Shown in pieces: positions 40,064 to 59,948 of a stretch of DNA of 64,000 bases (positions within the stretch are counted from its first letter, which is position 1; every line of letters starts with the position of its first letter). The translations under genes were made by a program, and so were the position numbers. Below the pieces are notes generated by a model, which saw only the letters and a program-made list of their open reading frames with translations, was not told the origin of the DNA and made no database searches. The stretch lies in NCBI RefSeq assembly GCF_009914755.1, contig NC_060943.1; one strand, 5' to 3'. Origin of the DNA: the human T2T-CHM13v2.0 reference genome, Homo sapiens.

Positions 40064-41819
40064 TCAGGAAGATCCTGTCTCTCTGTGTCATTGTGTCTCC
40101 GGTTTCCGCCTCCCTGGTGTGCTTGGCCACCACCTACCCCACCCCCTACAATGGGACCTTGGCAATGGCCTTGCCACTTCCTTCACACTGTGGCCTCGCT
40201 CTCTCCTATCCCCTGGGTGGCCCAGCCTCTCAAATGGGAGCATCACTGCTGCCAAACTTTCCACGTGTGACTGCAGGGCGTGCCCCCTGCCCCTGTGCCC
40301 TCCCCTTGCCATGTTACCTCTTCCCCAAACCTAGCGGTCACAAGGACTGGGACAGTGGAACACCAGGCCCCAGGACCAGCTCTGCTGCCTCTCTCTCATC
40401 TACAAGGCCTTACAGCCCGCATCCTGCTGGCCTCACCCCATCTTCTTTTTCCTAAACGAAAGAGCCCCCACCTTCCGCCAGCCACCACCTCTTCTCAGCT
40501 TCTCTGTCCTGCCCCAGGCACCTTCCCTGCCTCAAGTTCCCCCAGGGCTCCGTCTTAACCACTCTGGAGCAGTAAGTCCCTCATGGGAAGGGGGCACCCC
40601 AGGAATCTGGACAGAGTGTAGGTGTCCCCCATCTTCATCCAGGTGATGGTTACATGGAAGGCCCCAGAGGGGACCCCTGCACACTCCCTGCACTGCACAC
40701 ACTTCCCTGTATGTGTGGACTCCTCAGTACAGAGCAAAAAGATTGTCCTGTGAAAAAGGAATGAAACATTGATTACAGGTGAGCCACCGTGCCTGTCATC
40801 ACAGCCCTTTCGGAGGCCGAGTTGGAAGGATCGCTTGAGGCCGGGAGTTCAAGACCAGCCTGGGCAACTTAGAGAGATGCGGTCTCTACAAAAAATTTTA
40901 AAAATTAGCCAAGCATGGTGGCATGCACCTGTGGTCCCAGCTATTTGGGAGGCTGAGGCAGGAGGATTGCTTGAGGCCACGAGGTCGAGGCTTGCAGTGA
41001 GCTATGATTACACCACTGGGCGACAGCAAGACCCTGCCTTTTAAAAAAAAAAAAAGAAAGAAAAAAGAAGCGGCAACCAGACACAACAGGCCATAAGTGT
41101 ATGACCTCATTGACCTGAGATACCCAGAACAGGCAAATCCATAGAGACAGGAAGCAGATTGGTGGTTGTCAGGGACTAGGGGAGGGAAATGGGGAGGGAC
41201 TGCTGATGGGGACAGTCTCCTTTTCGGGGGATCAGAATGTTCTGGAACCAGGTAAAGGCGATGGCTGCACAACATTGTGAATGTACTGAATGCCACTGAA
41301 TTGTACACTTTAAGAAGGTTAATTGTATGTCATGTTTTACGCCAATTTTTTTTTAATTGCTCTGTGAACCCACTTATCTTCCCACCAAACTTTAGGGCTC
41401 CTCAAGGGACCTTCCACATACCCTGCCTTGTGTCCAGCAGTGAGCCCAGAATCCAGATCAGCCCAAAACTCCTGCCACAAAGAGCCCGATAGGCAATATT
41501 TGCACCTTCGCAGACTAGATGGTAGTCTCTGTTGCAACACAATTGAATGAGCCTGGCATGTACCGATAAAACTTCATTGATGGACGCTGAAATGTGAAGA
41601 GGTTTTTCACGTCAGGGAATATTCTTCTTTGGGTTTTTGTTTGTTTGTTTGTTCCTTGTTTCACCATTTACAAATGTGAAAACCATTCTTGGCTCGCAGG
41701 CGATTAAAAAAACAAGCATCAGACCAGATTTGGCCCACAGGGTGTGGCTTACCCTATCAGATGAATGGTTACAACTGAAAAGAATTCAGGCAATTGCCAT
41801 TTTTAATGTCAGAGACTTA

Positions 41820-42194
<375 letters not shown>

Positions 42195-42344
42195 CTATAC
42201 ACCTCTGTATTTTTCAGGTCTTATCTGGGCTTCTAAGTGACTTATAGCCTACTGTCTTGGGGACAAGTGAGTGTCCTCAAAGCCGAGAAGGAGGGAGGCC
42301 CAGGGCTCCAGGCTGAGGCCTATAGAAGCTCCATCCTCGCTGGA

Positions 42345-42940
<596 letters not shown>

Positions 42941-42949
42941 TTAAGGCTA

Positions 42950-43123
<174 letters not shown>

Positions 43124-43188
43124 TTATTTAGACAACAGATAAAATGATGTTTTTGCAAATTATGTCACAATCTGGAAAATATTAATTA

Positions 43189-43843
<655 letters not shown>

Positions 43844-43992
43844 TCAAAAAAAAAAAAAAAAAAAAAAGAAAAAGAAAAAATAGAGACTGGGCACAGTGAC
43901 TCATGCACTTTGGGAGGCTGAGGCGGGCAGATTGCCTGAACTCAGGAGTTCTACGTCAGCCTGGACAACATGGTGAAACCCCGTCTCTACTA

Positions 43993-44367
<375 letters not shown>

Positions 44368-44781
44368 GTGAGGTGTCCCTGGGGTCCCCACTGGTGGGAG
44401 CTGGCCCCACGCACTGTTGCTTCCTGACACACACATGGGAGTGAGATGTGGAGATCATGGCTGTGTGGATGTTTATGCTTTGTATGGGAGAGCGAGTGTG
44501 ATTTTTAGGTCTTTGAGGTGAAGGTCTGGAACAGTAGGTTGAAGTAGGAAATGTGGGCAGGGGCTGGGGGACGTGGCTAGAGGTAGTGGGCTTTACCGAG
44601 AACAGGCAAGGACAGCCCAGCCCATTTCCTGTCTTGATAAAGTTTCTAATTTGGTAGGTCTTGGGGGTGTCACAGGCAGTGGGGATGCGGACTCTGGCCT
44701 TTGCCAAACATGTGCTCCTTTAGCCAGAAAATGACAGGTACAGAGCTGCAAAGTGAGGTGGTCGTGCATGGAAATACTGAA

Positions 44782-45645
44782 GGGTGGGTGGGTGGATGGA
44801 CTCATGAGGGGATGGATGGATGGATGGATGATGGATGGATGGATGGATGGATGGATGGTTAGAGAGACAGATGGATTCATGGGTGAATGGATTTGCACGT
44901 AGATGGATAGACAGATTTATGGATGGATGGATGGATGAATTCATGCATGGATGGCTGAATGGATGGATAGATGAATTATTGGGTGAATGGATTCATGAGT
45001 GGATGGATGAATAGATTCATGAATGGGTGGGTGGATAGATGGATGGATGGATGGATGGATGGATGGATGGATGGATGGATGGATCGATGGATTGATTCAT
45101 GGGGGAGTAGATTCATGGGTGGATGGATGCATTCATGAGTGGATCTACCCATACACTCATGAATCCATCCATCACAGGTGGATGGGTAGATTCATGGGTA
45201 GGTGAATGAATAAATGGGTAGATTCATATAATGAATGGGTGGATGGATAGATTCATGGATGGATGGATGGATGGATGGGTGGGTGGATGGATTTATGGGT
45301 GAGTGGATTCACAGGTGGCTGGATAGATGGATTCTTGGGTGGATGGATTTACAAGTGAATGGATAGAATCATAGGTAGGTGGACGAATAAATGAGTAGAT
45401 TTGTGGGTGTGTGGATGGGTGGATGGATGGATAGATAGATGGATTCATGGGTGGATGGATTCATGGATGGAGAGATACATGGATTATTCATAGATGGATG
45501 AGTAGATTCATGGGTAGGTGGATGAATAAATGGGTAGATTTTGTGGATGTGTCAATTAGCGAATGGATAGATTCATGGGTAAATTGGATGGAATTGGATG
45601 GGCTTGATCAGTGGATCCATGGATCCATTGATGGGTGGATGAGTA
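44782..45645. repeat. Degenerate (GGAT/TGGA)n tandem tract, ~0.87 kb, ~400 nt after exon 3
   Basis: Repeated ggatggatgg and gattcatgggtggat units read directly. Confidence 0.95.
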
Positions 45646-46098
45646 CTTAGATGGCATCTGAGAGGGTCCAAGGCCTGGATACTCACAGGGATCCCCCACT
45701 AACTATAGATTCTCATGTGAGGGGCTGCTGTGTCAATGGGATTTGTAAAGGTCCCAGGATTTTGTCTGTCTGAACCTGACTGATGATCATTTCAACTGAT
45801 GGTTCATATTCAAGATACAAACAGGCATATTGTTCTCCTGAACCTTCCGCCTCTAGCTTCATTTCTTTTTCCCAGTGCCCAGGCTCCAGTAGGCAGTGGT
45901 GTGGGTGAGTGGCCCTTGACAAATGTCAGGGGCTGCTCTGGCCCCTCGGCCTCAGCCCCCACAAGGCAGTCAGTGGCCCCCCAACTCCTACCACCTGCCC
46001 ACATGGGTGTACCCGGTTCATCAGAAACACCTGGAACAGCCACTTGTCCCACCTGTCTTCCAGGCCCTGACCTCTCCATGAAGACCCCACCTTTTTCA

Positions 46099-46248
<150 letters not shown>

Positions 46249-46309
46249 CTACTAAAAATACAAAAATTAGCTGGGCATGATGGCAGGCGCCTGTAATCCC
46301 AGCTACTCA

Positions 46310-46534
<225 letters not shown>

Positions 46535-46542
46535 CTATGTTT

Positions 46543-46576
<34 letters not shown>

Positions 46577-46577
46577 A

Positions 46578-46733
<156 letters not shown>

Positions 46734-47204
46734 TAGTAGAGATGGGGTTTCTCAATGTTGGTCAGGCTGGTCTCGAACTCCCGACCTCAGGTGATCTGCC
46801 CGCCTTGGTCTCCCGAAGTGTTGGGATTACAGGCGTGAGCCACTGCGCCTGGCCATTTAATTTTTTAAGAAGCCACCATACTGTCTCCCATGGAAGCCAC
46901 ACCATTTTACCTTCCCACCAGCAGTGCACAAAGGTCCCCACCTCTTATCTTTGGTTTTCTTTTTCTTCCCGTGGGTCCATCTTTTGCACGATCCTATCTG
47001 CCACATTGCAGAGATTTTGACCCACAGGAAGCATTCAGGGTACCTTGTTGGGAAGATGACACAGATACTGTTGCTACAGTTCCATGCCTCCCTTGGGGAG
47101 AAGCTAAGCTGCCTCCTTGTCTTGTCTGGGTGTCCAGCTGGCTCTGGACAGACACTGCAGGCTTGACCTCCGCATGGGCACCGCCCCCTTTCCAACATTA
47201 TCTC

Positions 47205-48230
<1,026 letters not shown>

Positions 48231-49081
48231 AGGGCTGGCCTGGCCCAGCCCATAGCTAAATGGTTTAGCCTCCCCGACCTTCCCCAGGCTCCCATCATAT
48301 TCAGGACCAGTGGACCTCCATGGCCAGGTCTCCCAGACCAGCTTTGGAAAGTCGTATCTGTGGCCTTGGATTCAGGAAAGGGAGTCCTGCCTCCACCCAC
48401 AACCTCAGGACTGTGGCCATCCTCGCCCCAGGGAGGGAGGTGCACTTCCTATCCCAAGAATGGCCGCAGCGATCACACAAAGAGCCGGCTCAGACCGGTT
48501 CTGCTTTTGCCCACTTTCAGGCAGGTGACACTTCTCCATGCCATTCCCACCAAGGCCAAGGGTCAGGCACAGTCCAAGCCTCCCCACCCAGTTCTCCAAT
48601 TTATGAGGCTGCAGCTTCCTGTGTGTTCAAGGACTCAGTGCTGGAGGAGCCCTGGGTCCCTATAAGACCCCTTTTTTAGGCCCAGGCCTTGAAAATGATT
48701 GGGGAAGGGAAGGGGCCATCATCTGTCAAGCGACATTTTGATGCCAGACCTGCAGATGCAGCACGGGGAATCGGCCACAGGCTGAGATTGAAACATGAGT
48801 TTCCTCCTAGAAACGGACACAGCCTCCCTCCCCAGGAATGCAGGAAGGTGCTGAAACTGGTTACTAGCCCGGCAAAGGAATAGAAGGAAACATTTTTTTC
48901 TCCTATTTGAAAGAAGAGAGGACCCAGGCTGGGCCATCAGAAGCCACCTGTGCATCGTGTGTGTCCCTGTGTGAGCCTGCAGACAAAAGACTGCTGTCTT
49001 GGGCTGGGCGCGGTGGCTCACGCCTGTAATCCCAGCACTTTGGGGGAGTGATGCGGTGGATCACCTGAGGCCAGGAGTTCA

Positions 49082-49300
<219 letters not shown>

Positions 49301-50041
49301 CTATGCTGGAGAGACAGGCGTTCAGCAGACCCTGAATTGGGAACCTCGTGCTGTCCCCTGGCCCTGCCACTCCTTGGGCACCAGCTGTGTCTCCTGCATA
49401 ACAGGATGGGCTCAGATGAGGGTGATCTGGAGGCCCCAGTGAGCTCACATGTCTGGTGATGGCGGACCCTGTGATAGACCGGCCCCACCAGACTTAGCCA
49501 GCCCCAGCTGGTGCGAAGGGATCCCACCAGGCCACCCTCTTCCCACAGGGGCCCTGGGCAGCACATAGTCTCACCAAGCCTTGGCTCCTTGTCCACTCCT
49601 CAGGAGCCACCGTGCCTGCCCCAGTATGGAAGAGGAGTCCCTGAGAAATACATCAAATGATGCCTAGAACATATTTTTCCTCGAAAAAACATTCACTGCC
49701 ACTACTTTTAGCATTGAGAGATATTTGGGGCTGCAGAGACACCCCAGTCCCTGTGCTGGTACCCTCAGACTCAAGGTCCCACATGATGCCAGGTGCCTCC
49801 TGAGGGACCTCTGAGAACTTAATTTGGAGGAAACACTTTAACTGCTTGGCACAGAGAAAATGATTGGTAAGGCCGGGCGCAGTGGCTCACGCCTCTAATC
49901 CCAGCACTTTGGGAGGCCAAGGTGGGTGGATCACCTGAGGTCAGGAGTTCGAGACCAGCCTTGCCAACATGGTGAAACCTGTCTCTACTAAAAATACAAA
50001 AATTAACTGGGCGTGGTGGTGGGCGCCTGTAATCTCAGCTA

Positions 50042-50149
<108 letters not shown>

Positions 50150-51516
50150 TCAAAAAAAAAAAGAAAGAAAGAAAATGATAAATAAACGGCAGAACACCAG
50201 ACCATATGGATACAACCAAGTATTGCTGGGTATCACAGACCCCTGTGCTTCCAAGGACACTGTGACAAAATTGGAAAGGAATCCCCAGACCCAGAGAAGG
50301 TACCTGCAAATCAGAACCAGCAAAGGACTTGCATCTAGAATATAGAAAGAGCATTTACAGCTCAATAAAAGGACCAACACCCAATAAGAAAACCACAAAA
50401 GACGTCAATGTATACTTCATCAGAGAAGAGCTATGAATGGCCAGCAAGCACATGAGATGTTCAGCATCATTGGTCATCAGGGAAATGCAAATCCAAACCA
50501 CAGTGACAGGCTAGATGCATGGCTCACGCCTGTAATCCCAACACTTCAGGAGGCTGAGACACGTAGATCACTTGAGGCCAGGAGTTACAGACCAGCCTGG
50601 ACAACATCACGAAATCCCATCTCTACAAAAACTACAAAAACTAGCCTGTAGTCCCAGCCACTCGGGAGGTTGAGGTGGGAAGATCACTTGAGCCCAGGAG
50701 AACAAGGCTGCATTGAGCCATTATCGTGCTACTGCATTCCAGCCTGCACAACAGAGCAAGATCCTGCGTCAAAACGAATGCTGGGTGCAGTGGCTCATGC
50801 CTATAATTCCAGCATATTGGGAGGCTGAGGCAGGTAGATCACCTGAGGTCAGGAGTTCGAGACCAGCCTGACCAACATGGAGAAACCCCGTCTCTACTAA
50901 AAATACAAAATTAGCCAGGCATGGTGGCACATGCCTGTAATCCCAGCTACTCAGGAGGCTGAGGCAGGAGAATCGCTTGAACTCAGGAGGTGGAGGTTGC
51001 AGTGAGTAGAAATCACGTCATTGCACTCCAGCCTGGGCAACAGAGTAAGACTCCATCACAAAAAAAAAAAAAAACCCACAAGGACATACCACTGCTCACC
51101 CACTAGGGTGGCTAGAATAAAAAAGACAGTGAATAACAAATATTGGCCAGGGATGGTGGCTCATGCCTGTAATCCCGCACTTTGGGAGGCCAAGGCGTGC
51201 AGATCACTTGACATAGGTCAAGAGTTTGAGATCAGCCTAGCCAACATGGCAAAACCCCGCCTCTACTAAAAATACAAAAATTAGCTGGGTGGGGGTTGGC
51301 ACACCCCTGTAGTTCCAACCAACCACTGTGGGGGCCGAGGCAAGAGAATCGCTTGAACCCAGGAGGCAGAGGTTGCAGTGAGCCGAGATTGTGCCGTTGT
51401 ACTCCAGCCTGAACAACAGAGCGAGACTCCCATCTCAAAAAAAAAAAAAACAACTCAATATTAACACAATACTAAAATGTAATGTTTTATTCTTTCTGTT
51501 TTTCTCTTAATGACAG

Positions 51517-51579
51517 AGCTGTCGTCGAGAAATATCTGCTTGAAAAGTCTCGCCTGGTGTCTCAGGAGAAGGATGAGAG
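51517..51579 (+). CDS. MYO9B: MYO9B exon 4 (63 nt), AVVEKYLLEKSRLVSQEKDER
   Basis: Pyrimidine tract then tgacag|AGCT; donor GAGAG|gtagga. Conserved myosin YLLEKSR motif; phase matches exon 3. Confidence 0.97.
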
Positions 51580-51949
51580 GTAGGAGAATGTTTTCCCAGG
51601 AATCTCTGAATGCCACGCCATGTCTACGTTTCCTCCTACAGAGGAGAGAAGCAAAGCAAACGTCCTGAGGTCGGAGGAATTCTGGGGGAGGCCGTGGAGG
51701 CTCTCACAGGAGCAGGGCCTGCCCATCCATCTTCTCCCCAGACCTGCCCCTGTGGCCTCACACTTTGTCCTCATACCTCCCAAGCCACCTTTGTGTGCCT
51801 CCCTGGAGGTTTTATCCCCAGTATGTGCTCAGATGTCTGCACAAAATATACTTAGATTGGAAACATTTCTCAAGCATGGTAGCACGTGCCTGTAGTCCCA
51901 ACTATTCAGGAGGCCTAGGCGGGAGGATCGCCTGAGCCCGGGAGGTTGA

Positions 51950-52306
<357 letters not shown>

Positions 52307-52843
52307 TAATCCCAGCACTTTGGGAGGCCTAAGAGGCAGGATCACATGAACCCAGGAGTTCGAGACCAGCCTGGGCAACATGGCAAAATCCCATCTCTAC
52401 AAAAAAGACCAAAAAAAAAAAAATTAGCTGGGCATGGTGACACACACCTGTAGTCCCAGCTACTCAGGAGGCCGAGCTGGGAGGATCACTTGAACCCAGG
52501 AGGTCGAGGCTGCAGTGAGCTGTGATTGCACCACTGCACTCCAGCCTGAGTAACAGAGCAAGACCGTATCTCAAAAAAAAAAAAAAAGAAAAGAAAGAAA
52601 CATTTCTGATTGACAAATAAGTGAGATGTACACCCACCCACCTCCAATCCTCCAGAAATCTACTCGCTCACGACACTCATTTGTTTTGTTTTGTTTTTTT
52701 AAGACATAGTAAGAACTGACGTACTGTTTTAAATTTGTACATATTTGAGGTGTGCTCTCCAAAGCCATGTTAGTAGTGGTTCGCAGAGTAGCTATTACTT
52801 GGCCTCCAAAAACAACTATTTTCCTCCCAATTTTGACCTGTAG

Positions 52844-52943
52844 GAACTACCATGTGTTTTATTATTTGTTACTTGGGGTCAGCGAGGAAGAGCGCCAAGA
52901 ATTTCAGCTCAAGCAGCCTGAAGATTATTTCTACCTCAACCAG
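52844..52943 (+). CDS. MYO9B: MYO9B exon 5 (100 nt), [33 protein letters not shown]
   Basis: Acceptor cctgtag|GAAC; donor CAG|gtaaac. Completes the ERNYHVFY myosin motif. Confidence 0.97.
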
Positions 52944-53191
52944 GTAAACAGCCTCAAGCCCGAGCCACAAACGCCACCTCTGTTCCCGGCCTCAAGCTGT
53001 TTATGTATAGCCGGGAAGTCAGAGGCAGCCTGCCCTGGCCCCCGAACCCGCTCCCAGAAGGCAGCATTAAAAGAACCCATTCATTCCCCTGGTCCTGGGG
53101 CCCTGCCCCACCAGCTCCAGCCAAAATCACTCTGGCACGCCACCCTTGCCGGCCCAGGAATGCCCAGAGTACCCATGCCTTTGTTTTCCAG

Positions 53192-53292
53192 CATAACTTG
53201 AAGATTGAAGATGGGGAGGACCTGAAGCATGACTTTGAGAGGCTCAAGCAGGCCATGGAGATGGTGGGCTTCCTCCCCGCCACCAAGAAGCA
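53192..53292 (+). CDS. MYO9B: MYO9B exon 6 (101 nt), [34 protein letters not shown]
   Basis: Acceptor ttttccag|CAT; donor AAGCA|gtaagt. In frame with exons 5 and 7. Confidence 0.96.
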
Positions 53293-54362
53293 GTAAGTGT
53301 GCGGGCTCCCGGGGCCTGTCCCCCAGAGCCTACAGGGGGCACGCATGGCCCTTACCAGTCACTCTGAGGTCTAACCTGCAACCCAGTGAAAACAGGCAGG
53401 CAGTGTCCTGAACAGTGCCGCCATAGGGAGTGTGGCCCAATAGCAGCGATCACATGAGAAGGGGCTCAAGACATTGGTCATTAGGCGATGCCAATTAAAG
53501 GTAACGTGAACATACTTAACACTGCTGAATTGTACCCTTAAAAATGGTTTAGCCAGGCTCCACGTGGCTCACTCACGCCTGTAATCCCAGCACTTTGGGA
53601 GGCCAAGGTGGAGGATTGCATGGGCCCAAGAGTTCAAGACCAGCCTGGGCAGCATAGTGAGACCTCATCTCTACAAAAAATAAATAAAATTAGCCAGGCG
53701 TGGTAGTATGCACCTGTGGTCCCAGCTACTTGTGGGGCTGAGGTGGGAGGATCACTTGGGCCTGGGAGGACAAGGCTGCAGTGAGCCACCATGATCATGC
53801 CACTGAACTAATCACGCCACTCTGGGTGACAGAGCGAGACCCAGTCTCAAAAAAAAAAGAATGCTGGGTACGGTTGTTCACACATGTAATCACAGTGCTT
53901 TGGAAGGCCAAGGCAACAGGACCACTTAAAGCCAGGAGTTCAAGGCTGTAAGTGAGCTAGGATTGTACCGCTTCATTTCAGCTCGGGCAACAGAGTAAGA
54001 TCCTGTCTCTAAAAATCAAAGAAGTTAAGGTAGTGAATTTTATATTATGCTTATGTTACTACAATTTAATTATTTTTTTTTTTAGATGGGGTCTCGCTCT
54101 TTCACCTAAGCTGGAGTGAAGTGGCGAGATCATGGCTCACTGCAGCCTCGACCTCCCCTGGTTCAGGTGATCCTCCCACCTCAGCCTCCCAAGCAGCTGG
54201 GACTACAGGCGCGTGCCACCACACCTGGACAATTTTTTGTAGAGATGGGGTTTCCTCATGTTGCCCAGGCTAATTTTGAATTCTTGGGCTCAAGCCATCC
54301 ACCTGCGTAAGCCTCCCAGCATGCTGGAATTACAAACACAAGCCACCGCGCCCAGCAATTTA

Positions 54363-54500
<138 letters not shown>

Positions 54501-55785
54501 TTATCCAGGCATGGTGGCACACACCTGTAGTCCCAGCTACTTGAGAGGCTGAGGTGGGAGGATCACTTAAGCCCAGGAGTTCACAGCTACAATGAGCTAA
54601 GATGGCACCTCTGGCCCGGGCGCAGTGGCTCACGCCTGTAATCCCAGCACTTTGGGAGGCCAAGGCAGGTGGATTGCCTGAGCTCACGAGTTCAAGGCCA
54701 GGCTGGGCAACATGGCGAAACCCTGTCTCTACTAAAAATATGAAAAATTAGCCATGCATGATGGTGCACGCCTGTAATCCCAGCTACTCAGGAGGCTGAG
54801 GCACGAGAATCACTTAAACACAGAAGGCAGAGGCTGCCGTGAGCCGAGATTGCGCCACTGCACTCCAGCCTGGGTGACAGAGCAAGACTCTGTCTCAAAA
54901 AAAAAAAAAAAAGATGGCACCTCTGAATAGCCAGTGGACTCCATCCTGGACAACATAGCCAGTGACTGGCCAGACACAAGTACCATCCCATCAAGTTCAC
55001 AGACAGCATTAGACGTCAGGACAGTGGTTCCTCTGGTGTTGGGGGGCTCTAGGATCCAGGACTTGGAATGTTCTATTTCTTGGTCTGGGGGCTAGTCAGA
55101 GGGATCCGTACACTTCTTTTTTCTTTTGTGAGACAGTTTCACTAGCCAGGCATGGTGGTACAAACCTGTAGTCCCAGCTACCTGAGAGGCTGAGATAGGA
55201 GGCTCAACTGAGCCCGGGGAGGTTGAGGCTGCAGTGAGCCGTGATCGCACCACTGCACTCCAGCCTGGGTGACAGAGTGAGACCCTGTTTCCAAAAAAAA
55301 GAAAATAGCTGTCTAGCCAGGTGCAGTGGCTCGTGCCAATAATCCCAGCTATTCAGGAGGCCAAGACAGGAGGATCACTTGAGGCCAGGAGTTTGAGACC
55401 AGCCTGGGCAACATAGCAAGACCCCATCCCTTTAAAAATATGTTTTTAAATTAGCCAAATATGGTGGCCTGTAGTACCAGCTACTCAGGAGGCTGAGGCT
55501 GTAGAATCACTTGAGCCCAGGAGTTGGAGGTTACAGTGAGCTATGATTGTGTCACTGCACTCCAACCTAGGCGACAGAGCCAGATCAAATCCAGGAAAAA
55601 GATAACTGTCTGCAAAGTCACATTCCACAGAGGCCATCCTCAACAGAGGCCTTAGACATTTTTCAAATTTCATGCGTTCCGACCAGAATTTGCTGGTTTT
55701 ATGGATTCAGCCCGGTTCCCTGGGAAGTATCTGCTGTCTTAGGAACGTAGAAACTACCCAAATATGAGTGCCTTTTCTTTCCCAG

Positions 55786-55915
55786 GATTTTTGCCGTCCT
55801 CTCGGCCATCCTGTACCTGGGCAACGTCACTTATAAGAAGAGAGCTACAGGCCGAGAGGAAGGGTTGGAGGTCGGGCCACCCGAGGTGCTGGACACCCTG
55901 TCGCAGCTTCTGAAG
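55786..55915 (+). CDS. MYO9B: MYO9B exon 7 (130 nt), [43 protein letters not shown]
   Basis: Acceptor ttttctttcccag|GATT; donor AAG|gtactg. Myosin AILxLGN motif. Read directly from the sequence; it is not in the ORF track. Confidence 0.96.
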
Positions 55916-56245
55916 GTACTGATTGCCACCTCTGTCCCTTCTCAGGCCTGGCTCAGGGCCGCTGGCTATCTCTCAGTACGAGGGACCATACCCAGAACTT
56001 CCTACGTCAGCTGAGGTTTCATCAACCAGGACCTCACGTCTTCCGCTATCATCTCTACAGTGTTCCTTCCTCATTTCTGATGAGCTCTGTGGACAGGGGC
56101 ACCTCCTCCTCCCACCCTCAAGTGAAAGCCTCTTTAAAACTACAGCTCAGGGGCCGGGTGCGGTGTCTCACCTGTAATCCCAGTACTTTGGGAGGCCAAG
56201 GTGGGCGGATGACCTGAGGTCAGGAGTTCGAGATCAGATTGGCTA

Positions 56246-56644
<399 letters not shown>

Positions 56645-57239
56645 CTACCCAGGGGGCCAAGGCAGGAAGATTGCTTGAGCCTAGGAGTTCATTGCCGCCG
56701 TGAGCTGTGATCATGCCACTGAACTCCAGCCTGGGTGAGTGACAGAGTAAGGCCCTGTCTCTTAAAAAACAAAAAATTCTAGTTTGATCAAGTCATTTTC
56801 TCATTGGACCTGCCATCCCCTCCTCCTCCACCGGTTCTCAGCCAGGGGCAGTTCTGCCCCTAGGACACACTGGGCAATGTCTGGAGAACTTTCTGGTTGC
56901 CATACTCTGGGTTGCTCCTGGCATCTGCTAGGTAGAGGCCATGGATGCTGCCCAACACCCCACAGCGCACAGGACAGCCCCCCAATGGCAAAGAATTATC
57001 CAACCCCAAGTGCAAATGGCAGTGAGGCCGAGGAGCCCTACCCCAGTCTTTTGTTTTTTAATCCATTTATGCTTTGCGTTCCATTATTGGTACAGGAGCC
57101 CCAGCTTCTGTTGAGTTCTTGGGGATATGTGAGCATCTGCTGGGATATTTAGAGAAAGCCCCTGCCAGCCAGGCACGGTGGCTCACGCCTGTAATCCCAG
57201 CACTTTGGGAGGCTGAGGCAGGTGGATCGTCTGAGGTCA

Positions 57240-58178
<939 letters not shown>

Positions 58179-58271
58179 TCAGGCTCCGGGCGTTGCCTCA
58201 GTGATACCAGGACATGCCTGATAAGTCCTCCATCTCCCTTTTCCTTCTCCCTCTCCTTGACCTCCAAACAG

Positions 58272-58361
58272 GTGAAGCGAGAAATCTTGGTGGAGGTTCT
58301 GACCAAAAGAAAAACGGTGACCGTCAACGACAAGCTTATCCTTCCCTACAGCCTCAGCGAG
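58272..58361 (+). CDS. MYO9B: MYO9B exon 8 (90 nt), VKREILVEVLTKRKTVTVNDKLILPYSLSE
   Basis: Long pyrimidine tract then aaacag|GTG; donor GAG|gtgagc; phase 0-0. Confidence 0.95.
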
Positions 58362-59371
58362 GTGAGCTCTGCCCAGGCACTCACAGGGTGCCAGATCCCA
58401 AAAACCAAGTGGGAATGGTCTTTGGAAAGAGCCGGCATGGGTGGGCTGTTCTGTCCCTGAATGCTAGAATGGAACCTAGGCAGTGCCTCTGATTGTCATG
58501 CAAGCTCAGGTGTGGCACAAGCCAGCCTGGGAGGCAAACCATGGGCCTCAGGCCAGAACTTGAGCCACATGCATTCAACTCTGTGTTTCCAGATGTTCCG
58601 TGTGCATGCTGGTTCTCACTAGCAATGGTTGGCCAGATCCAGCCCTCCACCTGGTTTTGCTAATAAAGTTTTATTGGCACATGGCCATACCCATTCATTT
58701 ACATACCACTTAAGACTGCTTTGGAGCCATAGCAGCTAAGCAGAGCAGTTGCAACAGAGAACATCAGGCCCCAAAGCCAAAAATAATGACTCCTTCATCC
58801 CTTCCAGAAAAGAATTTGCCCATCCCTAGACTCTGGAACATGACACTGACTACCCTTATGTAACTCCCAGCCTGTGAGTCTCAAGCCTGTGACTCTAAAC
58901 CTTGATCAGGTGCCTCCCTCTGGTCTTTGCCCCAGCCTGGATGTTTTCTCTGTGCTGTATTTCTCTTGCATTTTTACATCTCAAGAGCAGGATCACTTGC
59001 AGCTTGTTTAACAATAGGAAAGTACCTAATCACGGCAGGGATTTTTAGCCCCTCACCCGATGGGAAGCTGCTGTGGCATTTCAAACAGGCACCGGGGACA
59101 TTCTGAGCCCACATGGGTCCAGGGCACCACGTGATATTGCTGCATATCACCCAAGACCCGAGCAGCACTGGTGTCCCCAGAGGCTCCATGCAGAGCCAAA
59201 GGCACCAGGCAGGGGCTGCATTCTGTGTGGCTCCATTTCCTTGACACCCAAGAAATGCAAAACGAGGGGGACACATTCTAGATCTTGTCTGTAGCTGAAT
59301 ACATCTGTCAGAGCTGAGACCTGAATATGTGGGGAAAAAAGCCAATTTATTCCATATAGATTAGACCTTAA

Positions 59372-59512
<141 letters not shown>

Positions 59513-59541
59513 TAGCTGGGATTACAGGTGTGCGCCACTAG

Positions 59542-59948
<407 letters not shown>

